This document shows, piece by piece, positions 10,643-21,623 of a DNA stretch of 64,000 bases (the first letter of the stretch is position 1; every line of letters begins with the position of its first letter). The stretch is from positions 1,248,001-1,312,000 of the forward strand of contig CAWGMQ010000010.1 in NCBI GenBank assembly GCA_963823665.1. Reading direction: 5' to 3'. Below the pieces are notes generated by a model, which searched no databases, had not been told where the DNA came from, and worked only from the letters and a program-made list of their open reading frames with translations. The position numbers and the translations under genes were made by a program. The DNA comes from an uncultured Planctomycetota bacterium. GTDB taxonomy: Bacteria > Planctomycetota > Planctomycetia > Isosphaerales > Isosphaeraceae.

Positions 10643-11537
10643 TATTCATCAATCCCCGCCATAAACGTCTTTAATTCATCGTTGCGCTCGAACGCTCGGT
10701 CCTGCCAAGCCGGACCGAGAATCCCACGCTCCGTCACAACTCGCTCAGATTCCCAGGAAAGGCGCGAGCCACTCCTCAGCCCGTCTTTCTGATCGATGAA
10801 TCGCGTTTTCGTCCGATGGAAAACTGAACTCGACCTTCCATGCTACAGCGACGGACGGCGCGCGACCAGCAAGCCCCGCCTCTTGGTCAGCCGTTCTTCT
10901 CGACCGGGCGCCGGGGGTAGATCACCCGGATCATCGGTCCGCATTCTCAATTATCGTTTATTATAGCGTGCGTCATGAGCTTAATACGCCAGAACCGATT
11001 CTCAAGGGCGTTTCTCCAACTTGCGCCCCAATTATGCCCTAAGTTTAGCGACTCGCGTTGACAGCCCATCGTCTCGCATCCAGCCGACTGAGCCGTCGCT
11101 CGTCGCCGGCTAGGTGTGCGCCATTGTTCGGCGAGTCCCGATGGGCGTTCCGCGATTGTTTAGACACCCTCCACGGCGATCAACACACTTCGGATCTCAC
11201 GGTGCCCAGCCGTCAAATCTACAGCAGATTACCGACGTACGAATCTCGAGAGGTCTGGGATGATCGAACGGACCGAGCCGCGATCCCCGGTCTTCGCGGG
11301 CGGTGGTATTGGTCTCGTTTGCACCAGGCGCTCGGCCGATGATTGGCGCAGGAAACCGCGCGGGACGATGCGGCAACTTGACAATCGAAATCGAGCCGCG
11401 ATCTGCGGGGCGGAGCACCACACTTGTCGACCCGTTTATAGTTCCAGTCCGCACGACCCCGCAGCACCCCAGATCCACCAACAGCCATTTCTCGAGCGCT
11501 GAGCCCAGGCCCGGCACGCCACGACCAGGAGATCCCC

Positions 11538-12788
11538 ATGCTCATCCACCCTCTAGCAATCTCATCCCTGATCAGCCCGACCGAAGGCGCGATCTTGGTC
11601 GCCGCCTCTCTCGTTCAAGCACCCCAAGCGCCCCGTGCCGGCGCATACCCCGGCCGCCAGCAGCCACGGCAGCCTCGAGAGGCCGTAAAAAACGCGGTGG
11701 TCGACCGCACCGTGCGGCCCTTCTGCCTCGCCATTTCTCCCGACGGCGGAACCCTCGCAGCCGCTTGCACCAATCGCCTGGTGTACTTGCTCGCCCCATT
11801 CTCCGGCCAGCAGCGAATCACGCTCTCCGGCGTGCAGCTTGGTTACATTCGCGGTCTTGCCTTCCTGCCTGGCAGCAAGACCATCGCCGCCATCAGCGAC
11901 GATAAACAGTTGCGGCTCTGGGACACCGATTCCGGGAAGCTGCTGAAAACCCGCCTCGCTCTTCGCGACAAGGAGGAAGCCGGTCTGCCGCCGCTCTTGC
12001 CGACGTCCCTGGCGGTCTCACCCGACGGCGGCCTGATCGCCGTCGCCGGTGCCGGGACCGCCGACCGTTCAGGCATCGTCCGCCTCGACGAAAAATCGTT
12101 TTTCGAAATCCGTGTCTACGACGCAAAGACAGATGATCTCAAGTGGTCGCACATCGCTCGTCGCGGATTCTTGAATCGCCTTGCCTTTTCACCCAACGGC
12201 AAAACCTTGGCCGGCGACACGTCCGCTGACGTCAGGCTCTGGGACGCGAAGACGGGCAAGCTGAACCAGGTCTTGGAGCAAGTCTTCAAACCGCCCTTCG
12301 GGGGCATCTGGGACATCGCGTTCTCTCCCGACAACCGTAGCATGGCGGGCTACGGCACGGCTGTCGTTGACGGCAAAAGAAAAAGCTGGTTGACGCTCTG
12401 GAGCCTGCCCTCCGGCGCAACCCTTCATTCGACTGAAGCCGGCGAAGCCAGTGCTGCCACAGCCCCGGGAACGCTTGCGTTTTCCCCCGACGGCAAGTCG
12501 CTTGCGACCGCTGCGGCCGGGATTGCCAGCGGGCCGATTTCGATCCGCGGCAAGAATGTCGGCATCGGCCAAAAGGTGGTCAACTTCGTCAAGCTCTGGG
12601 ATGTCGCCAAAGGCTCCCTCAAATGGACGTCGCCCGCTGGTGATTTTGGCCAGGTGACGTCCCTGTCATTCTCGCCCGACGGCCTTTCCATCTACTGCTG
12701 CGACTCGTCCGCCATCAGCCGCATCGACGCCCGCACGGGCCAGACCCGAAAAGACCTGATGACCCCCGGCAGCATCGCGACAAACTGA
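11538..12788 (+). CDS. WD40-repeat beta-propeller protein
   Basis: Repeated LAFSPDG and LRLWD/VKLWD units. Confidence 0.9.
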   Translation: MLIHPLAISSLISPTEGAILVAASLVQAPQAPRAGAYPGRQQPRQPREAVKNAVVDRTVRPFCLAISPDGGTLAAACTNRLVYLLAPFSGQQRITLSGVQLGYIRGLAFLPGSKTIAAISDDKQLRLWDTDSGKLLKTRLALRDKEEAGLPPLLPTSLAVSPDGGLIAVAGAGTADRSGIVRLDEKSFFEIRVYDAKTDDLKWSHIARRGFLNRLAFSPNGKTLAGDTSADVRLWDAKTGKLNQVLEQVFKPPFGGIWDIAFSPDNRSMAGYGTAVVDGKRKSWLTLWSLPSGATLHSTEAGEASAATAPGTLAFSPDGKSLATAAAGIASGPISIRGKNVGIGQKVVNFVKLWDVAKGSLKWTSPAGDFGQVTSLSFSPDGLSIYCCDSSAISRIDARTGQTRKDLMTPGSIATN

Positions 12789-12846
12789 CCCCCGCCCCGG
12801 GAATACGCCGCCCCCCGCGAGCCGCCACGGCCGCAACCCCGCCCCC

Positions 12847-13022
12847 GTTGGGCGCGGGTCTCCGACCCCGCCCCAGTGTCGCCTTTCGCTCTGCGAAAGT
12901 GCGTCGGGGTTGGGCGCGGGTCTCCCGACCCCGCCCTCAGGCACGACCGAAGGTCTCCCACCCAGACCGAGCGTTGGGCGCGGGTCTCTGACCCCGCCCG
13001 CCCCGATGACCGAAGGTCTCCC
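12847..13022. repeat. Cluster of REP-like palindromes
   Basis: gttgggcgcgggtctc(c)gaccccgccc-like units at 12847, 12909 and 12973; gaccgaaggtctccc at 12945 and 13008; cagtgtcgcctttcgctctgcgaaagt at 12874. Confidence 0.85.
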
Positions 13023-13162
13023 TACGGCGCCCCGCCCGCCTTGTTCTGCCCCTTCCCATGCCCGACGGCAACCATCCCATGTTATGATCCAGAAGTGCCC
13101 GGCTTCGTCCACTCCCATCGTGACGACGAGCGGACACTCCCGGCCCGGAAAAAGGATATGAA

Positions 13163-13693
13163 ATGCGACGCTCGCTCACCGCATGGCTCACGGCCTCGCT
13201 GGTCGCCCTGGTCGGCTGCACGGGAGCGCCAAGCAAATCCACGTGGCGGTCGGGCGCGGCCGTCCTCGCCGAGCTGGAATCCCTCCCGGTAGGATTGGAA
13301 GTCATCCACTCGCCAAATCCGGTGCGAAACCCGGTCGGTCCTGACACAAGAGGCTGGGCCTATCAATGGCATTTCCGGACGGAAGTCCGCGCCATCGATC
13401 GCCCACTGACCGTCGTTTATTTCGGCATCTGCGCCTGGGATGGTACGGAATGGATCTTGCCCTCCGACAACACGCGGTATAACGCCGGCGTCCTGCGTCA
13501 AAAAGACTTCATCGCGTGGTACACCTGCGCAGGCGCCCGCATCGTACCCGGCAAACCCGCCGTCGATCCCGAAAACTGGGCCGGCAGTCGCACCCGCACT
13601 TCGTTCCGCCAAAGATGGTTCTTCGTCGCCGAGGATGACCGGAAAAACCGCTACAAGGGCGAGGCGGTTGTTGAGTTGCTCGACGCCGACTAA
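13163..13693 (+). CDS. Putative lipoprotein
   Basis: MRRSLTAWLTASLVALVGC lipobox; AAGGA upstream. Confidence 0.75.
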   Translation: MRRSLTAWLTASLVALVGCTGAPSKSTWRSGAAVLAELESLPVGLEVIHSPNPVRNPVGPDTRGWAYQWHFRTEVRAIDRPLTVVYFGICAWDGTEWILPSDNTRYNAGVLRQKDFIAWYTCAGARIVPGKPAVDPENWAGSRTRTSFRQRWFFVAEDDRKNRYKGEAVVELLDAD

Positions 13694-13801
13694 TGCCGAT
13701 CTGAACAACGGTTCCGACTCCGTCTATCACAACTCGTCGGTTCCGCCGCCGATAATTAACTTCCCGATCTTGGCACCAACCCCAACACCAAGGAACACCC
13801 T

Positions 13802-13826
13802 CGTTCCGACGCTCCGCGTCGGAACG
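13802..13826. repeat. REP-like palindrome
   Basis: cgttccgacgctccgcgtcggaacg forms a hairpin. Confidence 0.6.
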
Positions 13827-13944
13827 GTGTTTGTGCCGCTCTGCGGTGCGCTCGACGTGAATCGGAGGAAGTTATTTCCGGCCCGTTCCAAAGCCCGCGC
13901 CCCTTCGCCCACAGCCCCAGGATCTCACGGTCTTTGGCCTTCGC

Positions 13945-14386
13945 ATTAGTGTGCGAATACTCTTTCCCGACCCGATGTGAATGAACCAGACCTGTAGTCG
14001 CCGGCCCACCGCCCCCCGTCCCTTGAACCACACCGACGTCATGAATGCCGGCACGGGAAAAGCCGCGAGCAGATGTCGCGCCAGCGACGCGAACTGCGGT
14101 CGCGGATTACTCACAACCGGCTCCCACGCCTCGACCGGCCGGATCCATTCTTCGTGATAGCTTGCGAGCGACAGCAGCCCATCAACGACTTCGCCGTAGC
14201 GTTCAGGCTCGATTCGTCCACCGGTTCGTGCGGGCGCAAGATCTCAAACTGCCGCACGTACCGCAGCAATCGCTCGAACGCGGCGCGCGTCGCAAAATGA
14301 TGACCCGCAACTGTGTAAATCGCAGCGCAAACCGCGCGGTCGATCGCGGCGCACGCGAAATTACTGCGCGCGGAGAAAGCCAACAT
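13945..14386 (-). pseudogene. Truncated, frameshifted N-terminal fragment of a PcfJ-domain-type protein
   Basis: Joining frames gives GLLSLASYHEEWIRPVEAWEPVVSNPRPQFASLARHLLAAFPVPAFMTSVW...QVWFIHIGSGKSIRT, after which similarity stops. Confidence 0.5.
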
Positions 14387-14652
14387 GGGATCAGCCTCGT
14401 GGAACGTGCGGAAGCAGCCGACCGGGCAACGCAGCGCGCGTCCCGCTTACGGCGTCGAGAGCCGTTCCAGACCGATCCTCGCTCTTCAGGTAAACAGCGC
14501 GGCGCTGAGATTCAAAGCGTCCGTATGCGTTGTGTCGCCAGCCTCGATCATCGGTATGCCTCGAGAACACCTTGCAAGACTCTCGGAGGGCGTGCGCCCG
14601 GATGAGCCGCCAAGAACGGGGAATGCGACCCGCCCCGGTCATGGACCCCGAG

Positions 14653-15126
14653 TTAGAGAGCCTCTCCCTCCAAAAGGTTCGCCGACAATGAACCCACAGC
14701 ACTCAGCCCTGCCGTCCTCTTCGTTGCGGCTTCTTCGGGGCTTTGCGCTCGGTTCTTGCCGCGGATCGGCTCTTCTAGACAGGCGGCTTGCTCCGGCGCC
14801 AGGGGCGGGCTGAGCGGTTTCGTATAATCAATGCGGCGCGCATTGCGCGACCGCTCATACACCGCCTCGATCAATGGTCCAAGCAGGAGCGGTACGTCTG
14901 GATCCGGGCTGGCCAAAGGCACCGGGATTTCAGGTAGGACCTGGTGGCAGTGAGCAGGCCAGACGCGGCAATACGGAGCGCGGCTCTGCCGCCCCACAAG
15001 CAGGTAGCGCTCCGGCAGCCTGACTGCAAGCGTGCGCTCCATCTCGCCGATCAGCTTCGTGTGAAAATCGGGCCATAACCCGCACGCCTCGATAAACGGA
15101 TCCATGCCTGGAAATGGCGATTTCAT
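14653..15126 (-). pseudogene. DUF4058 family protein with a large in-frame internal deletion
   Basis: MKSPFPGMDPFIE start and CRVWPAH..LPEIPVPL...IDYTKPLSPPL end. The central EVLSPSNK region seen in the 20434 copy is missing. Confidence 0.75.
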
Positions 15127-15465
15127 CAGCCGCTCCGTTCCTTGCTTGACTTCTCACGATCCATGAGATGACCCAGGTAAACGAAATTCTCCTCGCTGAC
15201 GCGGTATCCGTCAAACTCCGGCGTCATCGGCCCATCCAACGATCGTTCCCGCGAGTTGCCCTGTGTCGCCCGGTTTACCGAAAACGTGAGATGAAGAATC
15301 TCACTCCACGGAAGAGCTTCGCCCGCAATGAATCGACTCGGACAGGCCGTGGTTTCCGCCATCCCAGAGGATTGTCATTGCGATCGCCGCAGGGGCGCGT
15401 GATAATCATGGTCACATCCGGATCGGCTCGGACGCAACGCCTCTGTCTCTCTCCGGAGGCCCTCC

Positions 15466-15978
15466 ATGGACGCCGACAGCCTTCTCAACCAATACACCAT
15501 CCCCGACCCCTGCCCGATGAACTGGGCCGACATGGATGGTGACGCCCGCTCTCGCTACTGCACCGCCTGCGGCAAGCACGTGCACGACTTCACCGCGGTT
15601 ACTGCGGAAGTTGCTGCTGGCACGATTCGCGACCAAAGTGCCGAGGTCTGCGGCAGGCTTTATGCCAGGCCCGACGGCACGTTGACCAGCTCGGCGGGCG
15701 AAATCCTGGCACCGTCACGCTCCAGGCCATTGCAGTTCACCATACGCTCGATCATGGCGGTCATCGCCGGTGTCGCCGCGATGTTAGGCTTCGCGCGACT
15801 TTTCGCAGACAACGCAACACGGCCCGCTCCAATAGCGCAGCCCCCAGCGCCGCTCAACACACTCATCATGGGCAAGATGGTTCCCAGCTCCCTGATCGAA
15901 CGAAAGCCGACTCTTCAGCCTTCGAAGACCAGCCCGGGCACGCCGAATAGCTGCGCAGAATCCGACGGCGCCTCCTAG
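15466..15978 (+). CDS. Membrane-anchored protein with a Cys-rich N-terminal module
   Basis: IPDPCPMNW, YCTACGKHVHDFT and VCGRLY, then LQFTIRSIMAVIAGVAAMLG as a TM segment. GGAGG RBS. Confidence 0.8.
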   Translation: MDADSLLNQYTIPDPCPMNWADMDGDARSRYCTACGKHVHDFTAVTAEVAAGTIRDQSAEVCGRLYARPDGTLTSSAGEILAPSRSRPLQFTIRSIMAVIAGVAAMLGFARLFADNATRPAPIAQPPAPLNTLIMGKMVPSSLIERKPTLQPSKTSPGTPNSCAESDGAS

Positions 15979-15986
15979 CCGCGGCC

Positions 15987-16013
15987 CAGTGTCGCCTTTC
16001 GCTCCGCGAAAGT
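15987..16013. repeat. REP-like palindrome, same family as 12874
   Basis: cagtgtcgcctttcgctccgcgaaagt just after the stop codon. Confidence 0.7.
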
Positions 16014-16094
16014 AGCGTCTTTGCCCAATAGATCCTCGAATTCCTCAGTCATCTTCAACCGCCCATCACACCACACCACCAGGAGCCCCAAATC

Positions 16095-17625
16095 ATGAAC
16101 CCGCAAACAAATCGCCGGACGTTTCTAGGTGCCTCGGTCGCTGGCGGTGCAGTGGTCGGCTTGGGCGACCTGGGTTTCCTCTCCCGCCTGGGCCCCGTCT
16201 CCGCCGCCGAGGCCTTCTTCGACCCCAAGATCGTGCGACTCGAGCCCGAGATCGAGCCCCTCGTCCGCCTGCTCGAAGAAACGTCGCGCGACGCCTTGCT
16301 CGAGGAAGTAGCCGCGCGAATCAAGAAGGGCCTGTCCTACCGCGACGTCGTCGCCGCGCTGCTCCTGGCCGGTGTCAGAAACGTGGAGCCCCGGCCCAGC
16401 GTCGGGCACAAGTTCCACGCCGTATTGGTCGTGAACTCGGCCCATATCGCCAGCCTCGCGTCGCCGGATAGCGACCGCTGGCTGCCCATCTTCTGGGCAC
16501 TCGACCATTTCAAGACGTCGCAGGCTCGCGACGTGCAGGAAGGCAACTGGACAATGGCCCCGGTGGACGAATCCGCCGTGCCGCCGGCGCGCAAGGTCAG
16601 GACCGCCCTCGCCGCCGCGATGGACCACTGGGACGAAGCCCCCGCCGATGCCGCGATCGCCGGATTGGTGCGTTCCTCGGCGCCAATGAGGTCTACGAAA
16701 TCCTCTTCCGCTACGGCGCACGCGACTTCCGCTCGATCGGTCACAAGGCGATCTACGTCGCCAACAGCTTACGCACCCTTCAGTGCATAGGCTGGCAGCA
16801 CGCTGAGCCGGTCTTGCGCTCGCTGGTCTACGCCCTCTTGAACCACAGCGGCGAAGACAACCCAGCCGAGCACGACTACGCGGCCGACCGCTCCTGGCGA
16901 CACAATCTCGATCGCGCGGCCAAGATCAAGGAAGACTGGACCGGCGGCACGCCGTCCCCCGGCGCCGCGGCCGACCTGCTCGCCACCCTGCGCCGCGGGT
17001 CCGACGACGAGGCCTGCGACCACGTCGTCACCCTGCTCAACCAGGGAGCCGCCCCGCAGTCGATCTGGGACGCCCTCTTCAACGCCGCGGGCGAGTTGCT
17101 CCTGCGCTCGCCCGGGTTGGTCTCCTTGCACGCGGTGACCACGACCAACGCTCTCCACTATGCGTACCAGTCCAGCGGCGACGACCGCACCCGGCGTCTG
17201 CTCACACTCCAGAACGCCGCCTTCCTGCCTCTGTTCCGATCGGCAATGGGAGGGAGCAAGCTCCGCGAGGCGCGAATTGACCAGCTCGAGCCGCTCGCGG
17301 CGACCAACGGCTCCGGCCCCGGTGCCATCGAGGAAATCTTCGCCGCCTCGAGCCGCGACCGCCTGACATCCGCGCGCAAAGCGCTTGCCTACCTCCAGGC
17401 TGGTCAGGACCCGACTCCCTTGATCGACGCCGCGCGCGGCTGGTGTTCTTGAAAGGCAACGACCCGCACGACTACAAATTCAGCTCGGCGATCCTCGAAG
17501 ACTATTTCAACACTTCGCCTCAATGGCGCGACCGCTTCCTGGCAACAAGCCTGCTCCTCTTGCCCACCGCGTCGGAGAAAGACAACAACCTGGTGAAGCG
17601 CACCCGCTCCGCCCTCTCGGTATGA
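16095..17625 (+). CDS. Tat-exported helical hypothetical protein, frameshifted near 16680 and 17440
   Basis: NRRTFLG twin-arginine signal and AGGAG RBS. Three consecutive ORF pieces (16095, 16814, 17443). Confidence 0.75.
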
Positions 17626-17665
17626 TCCCCAGCGAGAACGATCGCACCCGCGTTGTCCGAATCCC

Positions 17666-18020
17666 GTAGGGTCCGCCAATGCGGACCATCGCAGGCCCAT
17701 CGCGCGTTGGCCGCGGCTCCCCGACCCTGGGCTGTTGAAACCTTGTGATCTAACGAACGACAATTTCCCCACGCGTGTGTTGCGCAAAGCTTCCCCCCCT
17801 TGCGAAGGGGCGGCCAGGGGGGGATGCGTGGCGGCGGCCGCTATCACAAGACCGTCGCGCAACAGAAAACTCCGGATCGTCGTCCACCTCGAAATTCGCC
17901 ATTACGGCCCGGTTTTCATCAGCCCATCCCGTCGGGTCCGCCGTTGCGGACCATCCCTGAGCAAACGCGCGTTGGGCGCGGGTCTCCGACCCCGCCCGTC
18001 CCCAAGACCGTAGTTCTCTG
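17666..18020. repeat. Mosaic of several REP-like palindrome families
   Basis: gtagggtccgccaatgcggacc (17666), ccccccttgcgaagggg (17794), gtcgggtccgccgttgcggacc (17931) and gttgggcgcgggtctccgaccccgccc (17971). Confidence 0.8.
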
Positions 18021-18207
18021 ACGCCCAAACCGCGCGCCCGCATCCCCCCTCGAGCCCCATCGCCCTCCAGAATTCCCAACGACCCGCTTGCGGAAGCGTA
18101 TCCCGCTCAACTACAGCTATCAGACAGCTCCGTCGGCGCATCACCTCTGACGGCCCTCGGTCCGGGAAGTCCCCAAGGCAGTCGCATCGTCTCCTGAGAA
18201 TTCCGCC

Positions 18208-18903
18208 ATGTCAAAGTACGCCGACCTGGGAGATGATGACTGGCCACCGATCGTTCCGCACGATCGCGGCCGAAGCCTGGGCAGGCGCCTTCTGGTGAGC
18301 GCGGTCGTTGGCATGGCCATGGCCGGGACCGCTTACTTATGTGCCTGGTGCACGATTGGCGCGGCATTCGGGCAAGGCGGGCATCTTGCCGCGCAGATTT
18401 TCCTGCGTACCATCAGAACGGGTGTGGAAGCGTATAAAAAGGAGCACGGACGTTATCCCGAGAAACTCGCCGATCTCAAGACCGACCTGCTCGACCAACT
18501 TCGCCCCCCTGACTCCGGCGACATCCTCGATCCGTGGAATAATCCCTACCAGTACACCGTCGACGGGAACAGCTACACGCTTCGCTCGTTCGGCCGCGAC
18601 GGCAAGCGCGGCGGGGAGGGCCTGGACCAGGACACCGACGTTCGCGACCTTCCCCGGAACAACCAGGGCTACGTGCCGCTCCCAGCTCCCACTCTGTGGC
18701 AGTTCACGTTCGACTGCAAAACCGGCGGCGTCATGGTCGCTTGTGCCCTCGGCGGCGTTTGTGCCTTCATCGCCGGCTTCGTCGCCTGGAAGCCGCTGCG
18801 CGCCAGCCCCGTGCGGTCAGCCATTTTGCTCAGTATGACTCTGGCAGCATGCCTGGTCACCGCCGTATTCATGAGCTTACTTCACATTCCCAGCGGCCAC
18901 TGA
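18208..18903 (+). CDS. Membrane protein with a GspG-like (T2SSG C-terminal) domain
   Basis: YKKEHGRYP, DPWNNPYQY and SFGRDGKRGGEG flanked by TM helices. No prepilin cleavage motif seen. Confidence 0.8.
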   Translation: MSKYADLGDDDWPPIVPHDRGRSLGRRLLVSAVVGMAMAGTAYLCAWCTIGAAFGQGGHLAAQIFLRTIRTGVEAYKKEHGRYPEKLADLKTDLLDQLRPPDSGDILDPWNNPYQYTVDGNSYTLRSFGRDGKRGGEGLDQDTDVRDLPRNNQGYVPLPAPTLWQFTFDCKTGGVMVACALGGVCAFIAGFVAWKPLRASPVRSAILLSMTLAACLVTAVFMSLLHIPSGH

Positions 18904-18907
18904 CATC

Positions 18908-19293
18908 GTGCGTTTTTTGTACCTCCGCGACCCCCTGTTTCTCACCTGCCTCCTCCTCTATTTCGTGAATAGGTGGATCCTCAAGGCAATCTGGTCCGGT
19001 GGATTCGTGCACGACCACTTGAACGACCTCATCTGCATCCCCTTCTGGGTTCCGATCATGTTGTGGGGAATGCACGGCTCGGCCTGCGCGAGTCGAACGG
19101 CCCGCCTCTCGCCAGTGAGATTGTGCTCCCGCTGTTCGTGTGGTCCTGGGTTTTTGAATACATTCTTCCGCGCAGCGATCTCCTCGGAGATCGTGCAAGC
19201 TCGGATTACCGCGACATCCTTTACTACTCACTCGGAGCAGCCCTGTCCGCCATCTTCTGGTCTTGGTGGTACCGCGCACAGCCTACCACTTGA
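18908..19293 (+). CDS. Small membrane protein, frameshifted near 19075
   Basis: MRFLYLRDPLF...HLNDLICIPFW joins ...WVFEYILP...DYRDILYYSLGA. Confidence 0.65.
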
Positions 19294-20290
19294 CGCGCAC
19301 CAGCTTCATGATGCGCCCCGAAACATTCCAATCCTGAACATACAAATTCCCATCTCGGTCCCACGAAGACCCGTGCGTGCCACTGAAGATGCCGTCAATC
19401 CACTGCTCTTGCGGCACGTTGAAATTCCCCCGTTTTGCGGGGTCGGCGTTGAATCCGAGCACCGACATGATCGTGTTGCTCTTATCAAGAATGACCAGCC
19501 TACCGTGCAGATCCGGCACCGAGACATAATCCCCTTGGACTGAGGCCGATGTCGGCATCCCGAGTCCGGTCACGACCTCGTCGATGAAGTTTCCGTCGAG
19601 GTCATAATGCAGCAACCGCCCCTTGGGCTGATGATTGCGGTCACAGATCAAGAGTCGCGGCGGATCGTACCGCGTGTCCAGCGTCATCCCGTGCGCGGTG
19701 TTGAATTCCTTGAGTCCATTACCCTTCTTCCCGAAGTGCATCAGATACTTCCCGGTCTTGTCGAACTTGAAGATGTGGTCGCTCGCATAACCGTCGGCCA
19801 GGAAGATATCGCCATTAGGCGCCACGGTCATCGCCGTGGGATTGAATTTGGTCAGCTTGAGTCCCGAGGCTTCGGGAAATGGAAGCTTGAGCACAATCTC
19901 GCCGGTCTGGCAGTTGAACTTGATGCCCTCGGCGTTGTTGTTTCGGGCTCCGTAAATGAACTCGCCGTCCGCCTCCTCGCGGATCTTCATGTCATGAATA
20001 TCGGAGTATTTGTCGCCAAGGAAGCTGCGAATGACTTTTCCTTCCGGTGAGAAGGCAAACACTCCGGCATGAGCGCTCGTATAAATCGTCCCCGATTTAT
20101 CAACAACAACGCCCCCATGCGTTTGCCCGAGAACCGACTTTCCATCCGGCCCCAGCCCCCAGCCCGGCACGGTGTCAAACGTCATGATGCCGCAGCCCAT
20201 GCGTACCGGCTGAGAATCTTCGGCGGCGAACACCGGCACCGCAAGGCCCAAGACGAGAGCGACAGCGATATAAACCGAGCGTTTCTTCAC
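19283..20290 (-). CDS. Secreted NHL-repeat six-bladed beta-propeller
   Basis: Signal peptide; IFLADGY, FNTAHG, ICDR and LYVQDWN motifs. Confidence 0.85.
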   Translation of the reverse strand: MKKRSVYIAVALVLGLAVPVFAAEDSQPVRMGCGIMTFDTVPGWGLGPDGKSVLGQTHGGVVVDKSGTIYTSAHAGVFAFSPEGKVIRSFLGDKYSDIHDMKIREEADGEFIYGARNNNAEGIKFNCQTGEIVLKLPFPEASGLKLTKFNPTAMTVAPNGDIFLADGYASDHIFKFDKTGKYLMHFGKKGNGLKEFNTAHGMTLDTRYDPPRLLICDRNHQPKGRLLHYDLDGNFIDEVVTGLGMPTSASVQGDYVSVPDLHGRLVILDKSNTIMSVLGFNADPAKRGNFNVPQEQWIDGIFSGTHGSSWDRDGNLYVQDWNVSGRIMKLVRVKW

Positions 20291-20433
20291 GTTCAATACT
20301 CCTGGTTGTTGTTGCTGTCGTCATCGAGCGCGAGCGGATTGGATCCGCATCAAAACGACGAGCCCCGATCCCGTGGAATGCCTCGCAAGCGTGTGTATTA
20401 TCGGGCTCCCGGATTTCGAATTCAACCAGCGAA

Positions 20434-21223
20434 TCACCGCAACTGCTTCTTGAGCCAAAGTGATTCAGCCTCGGCAAGGGGCGGCCTGAGCGCTTTGCGA
20501 TAGTCGATGCTTCTGGGGTAGCGGAAACGCTGATAAATCTGGTCGATCATCGGTTGAATGTTCAGCGAAATATCGTCATCGGGGCTGACTAGCGGCACGG
20601 GAAAGGTCGGCAAGGGCCGAAGAGAGTGGGCCCGCCAGACGCGGCAAAGTTGCGACTTCGCACGCGCCACCAACAGCGTGTACGGACTGTCGGGCCAAGG
20701 ATCGAGCATGGGCATGCGCTGGCCGCCGCGCAGCAAGTCGAGTTCCACGAGGCTCACTTTTCCCAGAAGTAGACTTTGCCGCTTGCGCTGGTAGAGGTCC
20801 CAGCCCTCCGACCCAGGATGCTTGTTGGAAGGAGACAGAACCTCGAGGCTTGTCACGAGGCGCTGCTCGGGATTCGCCTCGTAAATCTCGATGAATGCCT
20901 CGCGATGCTCCTCCTGGATGAAGGGACGCATCGTAATGGGCTCGACCTCACCGTTCGGCTCAGCCAAGGCAACGCCCCCTTTTTTCGTAGTTCTCTTGCG
21001 CCGCGAGCGCGCTGACGCTCACATCGCGGAAAAAGGAGTAGTCTTTCTTACCTTCCGATTCAACGAGGACGACATAGGAGCGTTCTCCCGTCCGCACGAG
21101 GTAACGGTCCGGAGCAAGATCGGCGAGTTTCTCACAGATCTTGTCAATCAGGTGGCTATGGAAATCTCCCCACAACCCGCACCCTTCGATGTAGGGGTCC
21201 ATGCCCGGAAACGGTGATTTCAT
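20434..21223 (-). CDS. DUF4058 family protein, frameshifted near 21000-21030
   Basis: MKSPFPGMDPYIE, then FIEIY, LEVLSPSNK, LVELDLLRGG and IDYRKALRPPL. Confidence 0.85.
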
Positions 21224-21623
21224 GGTCTTCTCAGCCAATTTCAAATTCTCCGACCCTAGGGCCCGCCCAGCCTCCAGTGCGGATGAAACCACGACCTGGC
21301 GCCGCCAGGTTGCCCCAAGCGTTCCTTCCACCAGGCAAATTGTGGACTGCTCCTCTCAGAACAGTGTGTACACAAAAGAGGCTGTCGCGTCTCGGCGAGG
21401 CAGACCGCAGCAACACGCAGAATCGTCAAATCCCTCCCAGAGCAATCAACACGCCGGTCGCGCCTTCGCCTGCATGCGGGTTTTGACGCCCCAGATTTTG
21501 ATCGTGTAGACTCTTCTCGGAATGGATGAGCGCAGACTCCATTCCCCAACTCTCAGCGTGACGCGATCCCGGCAGCCGTTCCAGTAGTTCCCGTCTCGCC
21601 ATATCTCTTCAGGGATTTTCAGC

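Noticed and set aside
12847..13022. Possible CRISPR array
   Set aside because: Only three imperfect units, the spacers themselves contain repeats, the same unit recurs alone at 17971, and no cas genes are present.
18208..18903. Type II secretion system locus
   Set aside because: Only an isolated GspG-like domain without a prepilin motif, and no other gsp genes nearby.
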